Assembly: GCF_009914755.1 (NCBI RefSeq)
Contig: NC_060937.1
DNA: 64,000 bases
DNA from: the human T2T-CHM13v2.0 reference genome, Homo sapiens
Direction: 5' to 3' (one strand)
Made by a program: the position numbers and the translations under genes. The notes beneath the pieces are model-generated. The model did not search any database. It was not told the origin of the DNA and was given only the letters and a program-made list of their open reading frames with translations. Of this stretch, positions 25,195-38,924 are shown in pieces; within the stretch, counting starts at the first letter, position 1, and every line of letters begins with the position of its first letter.

Positions 25195-25452
25195 TTTTTT
25201 TTTTTTTAATTTTATTATCATTATACTTTAAGTTTTAGGGTACATGTGCACAACGTGCAGGTTAGTTACATATGTATACATGTGCCATGTTGGTGTGCTG
25301 CACCCATTAACTCGTCATTTAGCATTAGGTATAACTCCTAATGCTATCCCTCCCCCCTCCCCCCACCCCACAACAGTCCCCAGAGTGTGATGTTCCCCTT
25401 CTTGTGTCCATGTGTTCTCATTGTTCAATTCCCACCTATGAGTGAGAACATG
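25195..25452 (-). mobile_element. Young 5'-truncated L1PA (L1PA3-like), 3'UTR end
   Basis: 'ttatactttaagttttagggtacatgtgcacaacgtgcagg..cattaactcgtcatttagc'; perfect 16-bp TSD tccccgctgatctttt at 25183-98 and 25453-68; TT/AAAA endonuclease site. Confidence 0.95.
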
Positions 25453-26601
25453 TCCCCGCTGATCTTTTAAGATGAACCACAGAGCTGTAAAGACCAGGTC
25501 GCCATGAATGCAAGTGGATTGTCAGCAAAGGGGAGCAAAGGTCTCACCGCCCACTCCCTTTTTGCAGACACCCCCATTCAGATTTCTGTCGTTATTTTAT
25601 ATAATTATTTTATAGAATTATAAAGGAGGTTCATTTCTTGAGCCATCAGCCAGCAAATCTTTATTTTATTCTAGATTTAAGGAACTCTCAGGTAACCAGT
25701 GAGACTTAAACCTTTCGCCCGATTAAACCTTCACCTTTTCCCACATCAAAACCACGATCTACACAGTTGATGAGCTGGCTCTGCTGACACATTTTCTTAA
25801 TAATCTTTCCTGACCTGCAGGACATTTCGGCCAGGTACTTGCAAGCTGGAGGTGGGCCCTGGCTTTATCTGATTGTGTGTCCAGACAAGTTATGATGACA
25901 TCCTCTTTTCTTTCCATTGCTTTCAAATCTCCCAGAGAGAAGGCTTGAATCCCCAGGCTTTCATACTTGCCTGTCCTCTCGTTTGCAAAGTAAAACAAGC
26001 TTCATTTCCCTCCTCCTCCCTACTTTCTCTTCCTTCTTTTTTCCTTTTCTCCTCCCTTCTCTTCTTCACACAAAAAGATCCTCAGATTAGTTAATGGATA
26101 AAGAGCAACTAGGTTTTCTAGAGGCACGCAAGTATTGGGCTCCGAGTCAGTGTTACTGACAGTATTCTACAGCACAACATTTTCCATGCACACATTCATG
26201 TTCTAACAGCAAAGCTTTAGCTAATCTGAAGAGGCAGTGGGATCTGAGCTCCTGGTCCCTGCAGGGAGGCTGGTAAAGGCGGCTGTTACGCCTGCAACAA
26301 GCAGCCTCTATGCAGTTGTTTCTGGAGATGCATCTGTGGGGATTCTTCCAGGTGCACCAAGTGAAGGTCCACGTAAGCCTCTTGAAACAGGAGAAATGGC
26401 CGCTGTGCATTTTAACTGGTAAGAGGTGCTGAAAGCAACGCCTCATGCTAAAATATAGGCACGTCTACAAAAAAGTACTCAGAACACATGGTGAACTTAC
26501 CACTGTTAAACAATTGATTTATAAGCCCAGTTTTTAAATTAGCCACCCCACTGGGCCCTCTATACACACAACTAGACATGAAACTCAAACAGCTCTTGCT
26601 T

Positions 26602-26905
26602 GGCTGGGCATGGTGGCTTGCGCTGGAATCCCATCACTGTGGGAGGCCAAGGGAGTACTGCTTTAGCCCAGGAGTTCGAGACCAGTCTGGGCAACATGGC
26701 AAGACCCTGTCATACACTATTTTTTAAATTAGCCGGGCATCATGGTGCATGCCTGTAGTTCCCAGCTTCCCAGGAGGCTGAGGTGGGAGGATCACTTGAG
26801 CCCAGGAGCTTGAGGCTGCAGTGAACTATGATCACACCACTGCGCTCCAGCCTCAGGGAGAGTGAGACCCTGTCTCCAAAAACAAACAAACAAACATACA
26901 AACAA
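26602..26905 (+). mobile_element. AluJ with (CAAA)n tail
   Basis: 'ggaggatcacttgagcccaggag..gaactatgatcacacc'; TSD aaacagctcttgctt / aaatagctcttgctt. Confidence 0.9.
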
Positions 26906-27182
26906 ATAGCTCTTGCTTAAACTATGCCAAATTTTAGAGCCCCCAACTCTCACATTTAACATTAATCATCAAGCAAAAATCTTAACAACACCCAGTGTTT
27001 GTTAAATCCTTTTCAGGTTAGTACCGGAGAGCACCCTAGCTACGTAGTCTCTCATCCTGGCCTCGCAATGGCTTGTGAAGTGGACGGTTTGTCACCTTCA
27101 TTTTTCAGAGGGGGACACAGCTCGTGAGGAGAAAGGAAGATTTGAACCTTGGAAACTTCCATGAGCTTGAGTTTGAATAATA

Positions 27183-27620
27183 TGTCCTATCTAGGGCTGC
27201 TGTAGCAAAGTACACAAGCTGGTGGCTTAAACAACACCCTGCCTTCTCTCGCGGTTCTGGAGGCTCATGGTCTGCAGGGTTGGTTCCTCTGGAGGCTGGA
27301 GGGAGAATCTGTCCCACACCCCTCTTCCAGCTTCTGGTGTTTGCTGGCAATATCTGGTGCTCCTTGGCCTGAAGAAGCTTCACCCCTATCTCTGCCTTGA
27401 TGTTCACACAGCACTCTCCCCGTGTGCACACCTGTGTCTAAATGTCCCTTTTTTATGCAGACACCAGTCATATTGGATTAGAGACTCACCCCACTCCAGT
27501 ATGAGGTCATCTTAACTAATTACTTCCAGGACCTACTTCCAAATCAAGTCACATCCTGAGGTTCTAGGAGTTAGGACCTCAACATATGAAGTTGGGGCAA
27601 GTGCAATTCAATCCATAACA
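27183..27620 (-). mobile_element. MLT1C MaLR LTR
   Basis: 'ctagggctgctgtagcaaagtac..cttccagcttctggtgtttgctggcaa..accagtcatattggattag..caattcaatccataaca'. Confidence 0.85.
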
Positions 27621-27659
27621 TAGTTTGAGATGCTCAGGGAAAAGAGTTCGTTTCACTGC

Positions 27660-28265
27660 TGTGATGGCTAATATTAGGTGTCAACTGGATTGCATTAAGG
27701 GATGCCCAGATGGCCGGTGAAGCATGGTTTCTGGGTGTGCCTATGAGGGTGTTGCCAGAGGAAACTGACATTTAAGTCGGTGGACTGGGAGAGGAAGACC
27801 CAGCGTCAATGTGGGTGGACACCATTGAATCGGCTGCCAGTGCTGCTAGAATAAGGCAGGTGGAAGAAGGTGGGAGAAGTTTGCTGGCTGAGTCTTCTGG
27901 CTCTCTTTCTTCTTCCTGTGCTGGAGGCTTGATTTCACTCCTCCTGCCCTTGGACCTCAGAGTCCAGGTTCTTTGGCCTGTGGACTCTGGAACTTGTACT
28001 AGTTGCTTCCCAGGGGCCCTCAGGCCTTCGGCTGCAAACTGAAGGCTCCACTGTCAGCTTCCCTGGTTTTGAGGCTTTCCGACTCGGACTGAGCCACTAC
28101 CAACTTCTCTTTCCCCAGCTTGCAGACGGCCTGTCGTGGGACTTTGCCTTATAATTGTATGAGCCAGTTCTTCCTAAATTACTCCCCCTAAATTTATTAT
28201 TTTTCCCTTTCCTATATACATACATCTTATCAGTTCTGTCCCTCTGGAGAACACTGACTAACACA
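27660..28265 (+). mobile_element. MLT2A2-like HERV-L solo LTR
   Basis: 'tgtgatggctaatattaggtgtcaact..ggactgggagaggaagacc..cagcttgcagacggcctgtcgtgggactt..ctggagaacactgactaacaca'. Confidence 0.85.
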
Positions 28266-28919
28266 ACTATCATAGTTCCCAGCATCTTCCCAACGACTCA
28301 CCACCTCTCTGCACATGCTCCTCCCCTGGGCCTGTCCTCCTAAGCAGGGTTCATTCTGTACATCCCGCTTTGAACTGTCCCTAACATGTTAAAACCTGCT
28401 TTTCACAGCTGTACTGTCTGATAACCTACAGTGTGTGTTCCTGAAAAGCCTAGAGGCAAACTTGTCCTCCCTGATTTCTTAACTCCATCGAGTGAGCATC
28501 TAACTGCTGAGAAATCTGGGAGAGGGGAGGGAGTGGGCCTTCTTCCTGGTAACTTTAACCCACGGGCCAAGACCACCACCTACACACAGCACCAACTCCC
28601 AGCCATAAACTCATGCCCATCTCTGCTTTTTCTAACTTGAAGGTTCTGTTGTGATCCTTTCATCTCCCTTGCAACGGTTGTATCAAAATCATTTTTCAGG
28701 TCATCCCTGGTGACTGAAATGTGCCAAACGTTCCTACAGGTAAGTCAAACACTCCTTAGAACCCACCTGCCTTAAGAATTAGTCAACCCTTAAAATTCGC
28801 TGCCATGAGGTATCCATGATGTGAGCTATATTCCTTCTGAGACTGTAGATGATAAGGCCGTGGTAGTCCTCTTTCACTTGGATGGTAATTGATATCAGGT
28901 ACCAGCGACCACTCCGGCT

Positions 28920-29062
28920 CAGGTCCTCGAATCATGGTGATAGTGGTTGAAGGAGCTAATGCATGAGGGTCCACAAAAGAACATCCAGTGCAGGTCCTCG
29001 AATCATGGTGATAGTGGTTGAAGGAGCTAATGCATGAGGGTCCACAAAAGAACATCCAGTGC
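28920..29062. repeat. Perfect 71-bp tandem duplication
   Basis: 28920-28990 is identical to 28991-29061 ('caggtcctcgaatcatgg...aacatccagtg'). Confidence 0.97.
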
Positions 29063-29157
29063 TTTTGACAGGCAGACCCGCCCTGTGCACTTTGACAGAG
29101 GGAACTGGGCAGCTTGGAATTTTTCATTTTTATGTGACTCCTTTTGGAGACAGGTTT

Positions 29158-29523
29158 GGTATTAGTCCCTTTTCATGCTGCTGATAAAAACATACCTGAG
29201 ACTAGACAATTTACAAAAGAAAGAGGTATTGGATTACAGTTCCACATGGCTGGAGAGGCCTCACAATCATGGTGGAAAGCAAGGAGGAGCAAGTCACATC
29301 TTATGTGAATGGCAGCAGGCAAAAAGAGAGAGCTCGTGCAGAGAAACTCCCATTTCTAAAAATCATCAGCTCTTGTGAGACCCATTTACTATCACGAGCA
29401 CAGCAAGGGAAAGACCTGCTCCCATGATTGAATCATCACCCACTGGGTCCCTCCCACCACACGTGGGGATTATGGGAGCTACAAGATGAGATTTGGGTGG
29501 GAACACAGAGCCAAACCATATCA
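29158..29523 (-). mobile_element. THE1 (THE1A-like) solo LTR
   Basis: 'gtattagtcccttttcatgctgctgataaa..caaggaggagcaagtcacatctta..gagctacaagatgagatttgggtggg..ccaaaccatatca'. Confidence 0.9.
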
Positions 29524-29691
29524 GATTCTGACCATCAACTCTGCATTCAAGACTCACAGAATGTAGGACCTTTTAATTCTCAAACAGAATTTTAGCCTTG
29601 CCACTTAAAGGATTCATCTACTAAATAAAATCACTATGTCCACTCCCTTTTTGGTGCAAAATGTCAGGGTCACCAAGTAAAATAAAGTTTC

Positions 29692-30200
<509 letters not shown>

Positions 30201-30410
30201 GATAGAAATAGAATGCAATTATTAAAAAGGTATCTTGTCAATGGCCTTTGATGGTAGTGAGGGGGAGCATAGAGAAACACACATGTTCTTCTTGTGTATT
30301 AACCATTGAAAATTCTATCAATTATTAGGAATGAATCCACTGTATTTCTTGATGTTTAATTTGTTCTTCAAATGCTATTTAACATATTGCTTTTAAAATA
30401 GGACATCTTT

Positions 30411-30723
30411 TGGCTCATGCCTGTAATCCCAGCACTTTGGGAGGTCAAGGCAGGCAGATGACTTGAGGTCAGGATTTCAAGACCAGCCTGGCCAACATGG
30501 TAAAATCATGTCTCTACTAAAAATACAAAAAAAATTAGTCCGTTGTTGTGGCAGGCTCCTGTAATCCCAGCTACTCAGGAGGCTGAGGCAGGAGTATCAC
30601 ATGAACCCAGGAGGTAGAGGTTGCAGTGAGTTGAGATCATGCCACTGCACTCCAGCCTGAAGTGCTGGAGTGACTTTTAGACAGAACGAGACTCTATCAA
30701 AAAAAAAAAAAAAAAAAAAAAAA
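30411..30723 (+). mobile_element. AluS with a small inverted insertion and a long A tail
   Basis: Sense dimer lacking the first about 10 nt; extra 'aagtgctggagtgactttta' near the 3' end. Confidence 0.9.
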
Positions 30724-30762
30724 GCACATCCTTCTGAAAATGTCCTTTTAGAGCTTATGGTA

Positions 30763-31527
30763 TTTTTTTTTTAACTTTAGGTTCAGGAGCACATGTGAAG
30801 GTTTGTTACACAGGTAACTAGTGTCACGGAGGTTTGTTGTACAGATTATTTCATCACCCAGGTATTAAGCCCAGTACCAAATAGTTATTTTTTTCTGCTC
30901 CTCTCCCTCCTCCCACCCTCCATCCTCAAGTAGCCCCCAGGGTCTGTTGTTCTTCTTCTTTCTGTTCATGAGTTCTCATCATTTGGCTCCCACTTATAAG
31001 TAAGAACATGCAGTATTTTGTTTTCTGCTCCTGTGTTAGTTTGCTAAGGATAATGGCCTCCAGCTCCATCCGTGTTCCCGTAAAAGACATGATCTCATTC
31101 TTTTTTATAGCTGCGTGGTATTTCATGATGTATATGTACCACATTTGCTTTTTCCAACCTGTCATTGATGGGCATTTAGGTTGACTCCATGTCTTTGGTA
31201 ATTTGAATAACGCTGCAATGAACATTTGCGTGCCTGTGTGTTTATGGTAGAATGATTAATATTCCTTTGGGTATATACCCAATAATGGGATTGCTGGATC
31301 AAACGGTAGTTCTGTTTTTAGCTCTTTGAGGAATTGCCGCACTGCTTTCCACAATGGTTGAACTAATTTACACTCCCACCGACAGTGTATAAGGGTTCCC
31401 TTTTCTCTGCAACCTTGCCAGCATCTGTTATTTTTTACTTTTTACTAATAGCTATTCTGGCTAGTATGAGATGACATCTTATTGTGGCTTTGGTTTGCAT
31501 TTCTCTGATGATCTGTGATATTAAGTT
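30763..31527 (-). mobile_element. Older L1PA (L1PA13-16-like), 3'UTR plus ORF2 C-terminus
   Basis: ORF 30926-31225(-) 'MFIAALF..W.QPKCPS..WYIY.M.YHAAIKKNEIMSF..ELEAIILSKLTQEQKTKY' is the L1 ORF2p C-terminus. Confidence 0.92.
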
Positions 31528-32273
31528 CATAAATGTAACGTTAATGTCCACTGTAAAACCCAGCCTGCTCAATCAGAGAGAGTAGAGATAGTTAAGTAAT
31601 TATCTATAATATCGAAGCAATCTGCCCTCTCTTGCTTTTTGGTTCATCCAGAAATCCACAAAATGAGCCCCTCCACACAGGCCATCTCACAGGTGGTCTC
31701 TGCTCCATCAGAACCTTGGGTCGCAATTGTCTTTCTCCTCTGTCACCCTGCAATCTCCGGGGCTCACCTGGGTCACTGATTACTTTGCTCCTCATTTCTT
31801 AGGATCTAACCCACTACGGCAAATGGACCATGTGCAGGTGGCATCAGAAAAGTGGGGAAAGTGTGGCCACACCTGCCCAAAAGACCAGCAGCAGACGCCA
31901 CTGTCATTCTTCTTGCTTCTCAGTAGGATGCTGACCTTACCACCTCCACTTAACTTACCATTTTTTTTAATTTGTAAATCACTTTCAACTCCTTCTCTCC
32001 CTCCTTAAAAATGTATTTTAAAATGCGAAGGAAATTCCAAGGATGGCAATGCATGCCCTTTCTAATTAATGTTATAATAAAATGGTATATTTGTATTTAT
32101 TTTTCTATAAACACACATTCACATATATACACGTGATTAAATTGCATATTAGTGCTGCCCATCTATAAAACATTCTTCTCATTGAAACAGTCACAGGCTC
32201 TGACTGGAGTTCCATTTCACCCAGCACCAGCATTCCAGCAGTGTTCTGCTGTATACCTGTGCACAGTGCCCCA

Positions 32274-32560
32274 AATATATATATACACATATATATTTAT
32301 ATACATATATATATTTATACATATATAAATATGTATAAATATGAGTCAGGCCAGCCGAGAAATTTACTCTATGATTACTAATAGGTTGATGTCACTCTTT
32401 TTGCCTTATTTCTCCTATAATATGGGAATTATTACACTAAATTTATACATATATAAATATGTATAAATATATACATATATATTTATATATAAATGTATAT
32501 ATACATTTATGTACATATATTTATAATTATATATTCAAATTCATGCACACACACATACAT
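32274..32560. repeat. AT-rich (TA)n/(TATG)n region containing a 106-bp captured copy of 33886-33991
   Basis: 32339-32444 aligns to 33886-33991 with 4 mismatches; identical 30-bp flanks at 32313-32342 and 32441-32470. Confidence 0.92.
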
Positions 32561-35500
32561 TTTTGTTTGGATCATTCAAAATAAAATATGCTTGAAGTAA
32601 AGTCACCTTAATAGTAAAAAATCAAATTGAAAAAAGACAAAGTTAATAACCTGACTTATGACTATCAAAAGACAGTAGGGTCTTTTTAGCAAATGTGCCT
32701 TTTTCAGTGGCCTCCAATAATTTCTAAGTGCTTATTACCCACCTGAGCATGCACATTTTAAATACCTTGTTCTATTATACCCATTGTATTACATCAATTC
32801 TTTCAGCAATTTCCTTGTAAAATTAGATTTGTGCTTCTGTTCTCTCCCGTAAAGCACTGAACCAAAGAACTGTGGTAATCTCAATTGCCTTTCATGCCAG
32901 ATTTAACCTTATGATACATGCATTAAATAGAGATTAACATCTTGTCTCTGAGAAACTTACATTTAGTAGACCGGCCAAAGTTTCATTAAAATATAAATCA
33001 ATATACAATTCATGAAAAGAAAACCAGCCAGCTATAGCATCTGCATTCTTCTTTCTAGGAAAATACATTGCCCCTGCTCAGCTACAGCACACACAGGTAA
33101 AGCAAGATTTTACCCAGGACGATGAACCGAATGGATTTTCCTAAAGTTATAGAAGTGAACAAAATGGACTTTTCCAGGCCCACAAATCTCAATTTGGGAA
33201 CTGATTTTTCAAAATGAACTTAGGAAAGCTGACCTAATTCCAGTGATCTCTGAGGCTCTATTTCAGTGGCTAGCACCTTAGATTTACTTCAGTGCTGCTT
33301 TAAAACCTATAAGAACAGGGGATATAATTTCATCAGGAAACTAATTCCCCTCAGGAGTCAGCCTCGTGGTGAAATGAAAATGTACTATATGTTTCAGGCC
33401 AGATGGGCAGTCCTACAATTGCATAGTAGCAATTAGATGGATCTTTTCATTTCTTCCTAGAGCAGAGTAAATGCATTTTCAACCAGGAGAGTTTCTTCCC
33501 TCTCCTCCTGCCGCATGACAGAGAGACTCCAGCAAAACCCCAGGAAGTATGAGCAACAATCAATTGGAAACAGGTACAGAAAAGGCACTGAAACTGCCAT
33601 TTCTACCCAAATAACCACCACACAAAGATATAATCGATACGTTGCAAGAAGTGAAAAAAAAGGAAAAGGAAAATGACAGATTTTGTAGTCTTGTTATAAA
33701 GTCTAAATCTCTCTACTCTCCTTGCATTATTGTATTTTTTTATACTCCCAATCCTATAAAAATTACCCCTTTCATTATTTCAGTATCCCTTGGAGAGCTA
33801 AGCCATCGTTTTCTCTGTAACTCATGTTCTTTTATTAATACTAAGAAAGATATTTCTTATACTCCAGGACCGAAAATGGCTTTACATATGAGTGAGGCCA
33901 GCTGAGAAATTTACTCTATGATTACTAATAGGTTGATGTCACTCTTTTTGCCTTATTTCTCCTATAATATGGCAATTGTTACACTAAATTTTTCAGAGGA
34001 AAAATTGAGAAATAAACTAGAATATTTATGGTAAAATGCATTGGTATAACTATTGTGAGTTGAGCTCTACCTACAGAATATCTTTTGTTCCCAAGTAAGT
34101 CAAGGACACTTTTGTTTCAATCTTAACCCAAATTGCTAATGGGACAATTTTCTTCCCCACTGAATTGACAGTTCTTTTGATGCTGATATGTGGCAAAAAT
34201 ATATTGATAAATACAAGGTTAAGCACTCCCATAATTATAATATTTTTACCTAATTGGAAATACTATTTTGGAAACATTTCTATTGCTGGGTATATGAAAT
34301 AACTCTGCATTTAGCTGGAAAAGTCTGGTCCTAAAAAAAGGTGTTATGCTAAGATAAATCATTTCTAGATCTGGTCTCCATAGAGACCAGTTTCTGAGCT
34401 CTAGGAAAGTATTTCCCATAGAGGGAGGACCACAGGAATAGTGCCGTGGTGTTCATAGGACTTGATATCTCAGAATTACATGAAAGAACTTCCTAACATA
34501 TCTGAAATTTGATGGTGGTGCAAGCAGAAATAATAGAACCAAACCCTATAGAAATAGCTTCCACTTTCTCAGTATTTTGTCATGCAGATAGATGTAAAGG
34601 AGTTGAAATGCTGCCTGTGAATGACCTTCCTGTTTAGGTGTCCCCATGTCTGTCCTGTGTTATCAAAGAAATTCATATTCCCAACTGTAACTGGTGAAAG
34701 CATGCTGAACTGTGCAAAGTGGCATGAGAAAATGTAAAGTTTGGGGGCTGGTAAGATAGCAAAGATTTCCCTTGTTGATGTTCTCTTGTCCAGGCCTTAA
34801 CAAATTCGCTTGGATTCATGACCTTCCCTGGTTGGCATTAGAAGAGACAGCTGTATCAAATGGACTAGCTTGAGATAAATTATGAACCAGACCCTGTTGG
34901 ATCTGGTTATGGTGAGGATGAGAGGGAAGAATGCTTCTGCTATCAGCTAAATACCCAGACACTGCTCTGCCTGCAGGGGACTTCAGAATGGATTGAAAAA
35001 TGTAAGTTTCAAACTGCAAACTCTCAGAAAGCTAGAACACTTTTTCTGCTTTGCAGAATTGAAATAATACTCTTTTTCACAATACCTAGGAGGAATATTT
35101 AAATGTATATTTACCTCTGTTCCTTGCGCAAGGACTTAAAACCATATTCCTGATAAATGAAAATACTTGTTTAACAGCATTTTTAAGCTTCAGAGTAGTC
35201 TCAAATAATAATTTTCCCAGAAAAGTTGGATATTCCTGTAATATATATATATATATATATGCTAACAGATAAATAAAAAATATATATTTATGTTAGCAGA
35301 TAGAGGAACTGAGTAACAGTTAATGAGTCAAAGGTCAAAGGTGATAAAGCCAATATCAAAATTTACCTCTTTCGAGTTTTGTTGCTTTATATACTGTGTG
35401 CTGATGCTTTAAGTGCATAGGACATTTTATCCATAACAATGGGAATGAACAGAAATCCACAGTATGTGAAGAACAAATACTGCTTTCCTTTGTTTTTACA

Positions 35501-37087
35501 TCATTATCCAGAGCAATGTGTGAATCAAGTTAACTGAAACCCAAAAGGATAATTGACTTGTTTGTCCTTATACATATGCCTTTAGAATTGCAACGATAAT
35601 CATGACCTTTGGGTTATTTCCTGGAAGTTAGTCACTAATTTAAAAAACTGGAGGTTATTTCCAGAGAAGTGATAACAATACCCCAAATATAAATCATGTT
35701 ACACAATGCTGCTTCAATGGCAGGTCTTGCTTAAATTTCTCAAAACAGGAATAAAAAGAGTAGTCCCCGTGTGAAGCAGGAAACATCAAAAGAGGTTGGG
35801 CAGCTGTGCAACTTCAAGTCAACCATCACTGCATCAGAGAAGGGATGGGCAGCTGCACGAAGCCAGACCCATCAGGGAGGAAGAGCAAAGGCAGAGTGTC
35901 TTCAAGACAGACCTTGTCTTCCATCTCTGCTAAGGAAATGATGATCTGCCTGAGAAACAAAACAAAGTCAATAAGAAACACAAAGAAACATCTGCAAGGG
36001 GGAAGATACCTATCCAACGAAATAAATAAGAAACACAAAGTGACAGTTGAAAAGAAAAAACGTTTAACACCTTTATACTATGCATGTTCTACAAAAATGA
36101 AAGACCAAACTAAATGACATCCAATGGAATGGATTGAAGATGTTTAGCAAATCTATAGGAAAACACACAGGAAAAAAAAAAGATGCTCTATTCTATGAAG
36201 CTTGTGTTTCTTTCCGGTGCTGTATATTACTGACTGCACAACATCAGTAATTAACGGAAAATGTAAACGCTGACAAATGGAGGCAGATACTTGGCACCAC
36301 AGTTTTCCTCTCATCATTCATGTTTTAAAGCCGGCGAACATGAAAGTACAGCCATAGGTGGGAGAGACAAGGACAATTTGGCAAAATTTATTGTATAATT
36401 CAAATCTGCTACAGACATTAGAAAGAGAAGGGGTGCAGTAAGGCATCTCACACAGTACACAATGTCTTAAATCACAGCAGCAAGCAACGATGTGAACAGG
36501 GACTGGCTTTAGTTACTCTGGCCATCTTAAAGTAATAACTGCATTCCTTTTACATTATAGAAGGTGCTTACCTAAAATATGCCTCTACTATGTCACAGCT
36601 TGACAAATAATATGTATCAATTATTCTGTTACAATGATGTTTTCCTTGGTTATTCAATAAATACAGATGAAACCCTATGACCTCCTGTCATTGTGCTGGG
36701 CACTTCCAAATCACACTTTTTATAGCTCATGTATGTGTTTAAAAGACATGTTAATACTATCTCAGTGGCTTTAACCACACCAAGTCAACCTCAGAGTCAA
36801 GCGGATTTTAGAAATTCACAGGAAAGCTTTGTTATTCCTATCTGCAGAATATCAAAACCTCGTTTTAAAAGAATATTTGACAACATCTAGTACAACACTC
36901 CAGCTACACCGCCAGGTACAAATGTGGTGAGCAATAATGTCCGCAGGAGGCACAGCCAGTGCAGTGACACACACAGAGGCTCAGATACAGCCATGAAAGA
37001 ATGAGTGATTTGTTTTCATTTCCTTCTTAAAAATGTTATCTATTAAAAAACTTTTACTATATGTATGCATTACTTCCTAATCACTTT

Positions 37088-37120
37088 ATGTGTGTGTGTG
37101 TGTGTGTGTATGTGTGTGTG
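37088..37120. repeat. (TG)n microsatellite
   Basis: About 16 TG units with one interruption. Confidence 0.9.
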
Positions 37121-37794
37121 CATACAACTAGATGAAATCTTTCTTTCTCCCCTCGTGGTAGTGGCAATACCACTGCATGAGATATTATTCAAATACTGGG
37201 GAAAACAAAAGCCCAAGAGTGTTTCTAAAATCAAAATCCAATCCTATCTCCTCCTCCTCATTCTCAGCTATGACCATTAAAAACTCATGAGAATTCATTG
37301 GGAGCCTTTATTCACAGTGAACCATTCTCTGAAATAAAAGTGAAAAATCCAGAATTCTTGGCTCATAGCATCTTGGTCTATTCAAACACAGTTGGAAGAG
37401 GCCTGGATTATGGCACACCATAGAGGAAAGGCCTCTGGAGCTGCTAAGTCAACATGTGACCTACAGAGTCTCCCAGACCTCGGCAGGAATATTCACCACG
37501 AACGCAGCCTGTGAGATGTTGCGCTGCTTTCTACATTAGGGGTTATGCATTATTAAAAGGCATCTCATTACGATGGAAATTATGACCTTGTCACCAGCAC
37601 TATAAATGTCAAGAAATACCACTTTAAAAGAATATATTGTCTTGATTATAGAAAGAAACCTCTTCCTTTAAAAAAAGAGAAGAAAAGAAAATATGCTTTT
37701 TCATTGAAATCCTTTTCATAAAAAGGGTTGTAATTAATCATGGCTATTTCATCAAGCTTCTATAACACAAACTCTTAGAAGTCAAAGGGAAATT

Positions 37795-37827
37795 ACACAC
37801 ACACACACACGCGCACACACACACACA
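37795..37827. repeat. (CA)n microsatellite
   Basis: CA run interrupted by gcgc. Confidence 0.9.
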
Positions 37828-38924
37828 ATTCAAGAAATATTGGAAATCTAGACCTTCCTCAGTAAATAACTGTCAATCATGTACATGTTCTCTGACAACC
37901 CGCCACTTTCTAAACGGTATTAAAGACCATGTTATCTAAAAAAAAATCACTGTTTATCATACAAAGCAATGCTTCCCCAACATAAACATTCACATAACTT
38001 TTGTTGTATGGCAGTGACACCTACATTATTATTTCTTAATATAATTCCTTAAAGTAGACCACTTTTTAGAAATCTAATTGTCCACGTCAACTTCAGGAAA
38101 ACTATTGGTATAATTGATAACATATTGATAAAATATTGGCAAAATAGCATCTAGTAAAATATCCTGGATTTTGTATGCTGGCTGCACATTTTTCCTAATA
38201 TGTATACATTCTTTTTAAAAATCTAACAGATTAGTTTACTTAACATACCATACCATGTAAAACATTGATATATTTTTCATTACAGTGAAACCCTCCTGAG
38301 AATACCTAAGTCAGTGCCATGAAAAGGGACACCCCTGGCAGCTTCGAACATTGATGAGAGGGCATCATTATGAGACAGAGGGAAACGCACTGGGCCTAAT
38401 GGAAGAGAGGTGGATCCAGTGAGGACTCTGTGATAGCCACCCTGTCATGATACGCTAGCCCCCTTTCCTCGTGGGAAAATGAAGATAATATGGAATCCTG
38501 AATCAGAATTGCTTAAATTAGCAGATATGCAGGTTGCTAATAAAATGTATTTTGCTAAGACAAGCTATTGTATTACAGAGCAGGATATAAACATCAGTGA
38601 ACTCTGTTGTGTATGACATTTACATACCCCTGCTCTGTCCCAGGCACTCCGTTAGTGACCGGCAATAATGAGAAAAAGAGATCTAGGTTCCACCCTCAAG
38701 AGACAATTATTTCATTCAAAGCTCATGAGCATCTGTCAGGATCATGACTCACTCAATATTGATACCTTCAAGGAATTTGTATCTGGATACATGTCTTTGA
38801 TCAAAAAGATGGTAGAAGGCTTCTCACCTGTACTTTGAATATCACTGTTTTGATATTTGATGTTAGACAGCTTCAACTCCATACGTTTGTGAGATACATG
38901 GATGTAACTACAGTACACTATCAC

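Noticed and set aside
28920-29062. Direct repeats here and at 8225 and 32313/32441 as CRISPR-like arrays
   Set aside because: Only two copies each, no repeat-spacer series, no cas genes, eukaryotic context.
28783-29127. 114-aa minus-strand ORF across the 71-bp duplication
   Set aside because: The frame is produced by the non-triplet duplication, and I recognise no protein family in the frames I translated.
30926-31225. L1 ORF2p-like ORFs here and at 42777-43034
   Set aside because: Short remnants of 5'-truncated dead L1s with no endonuclease or RT domain.
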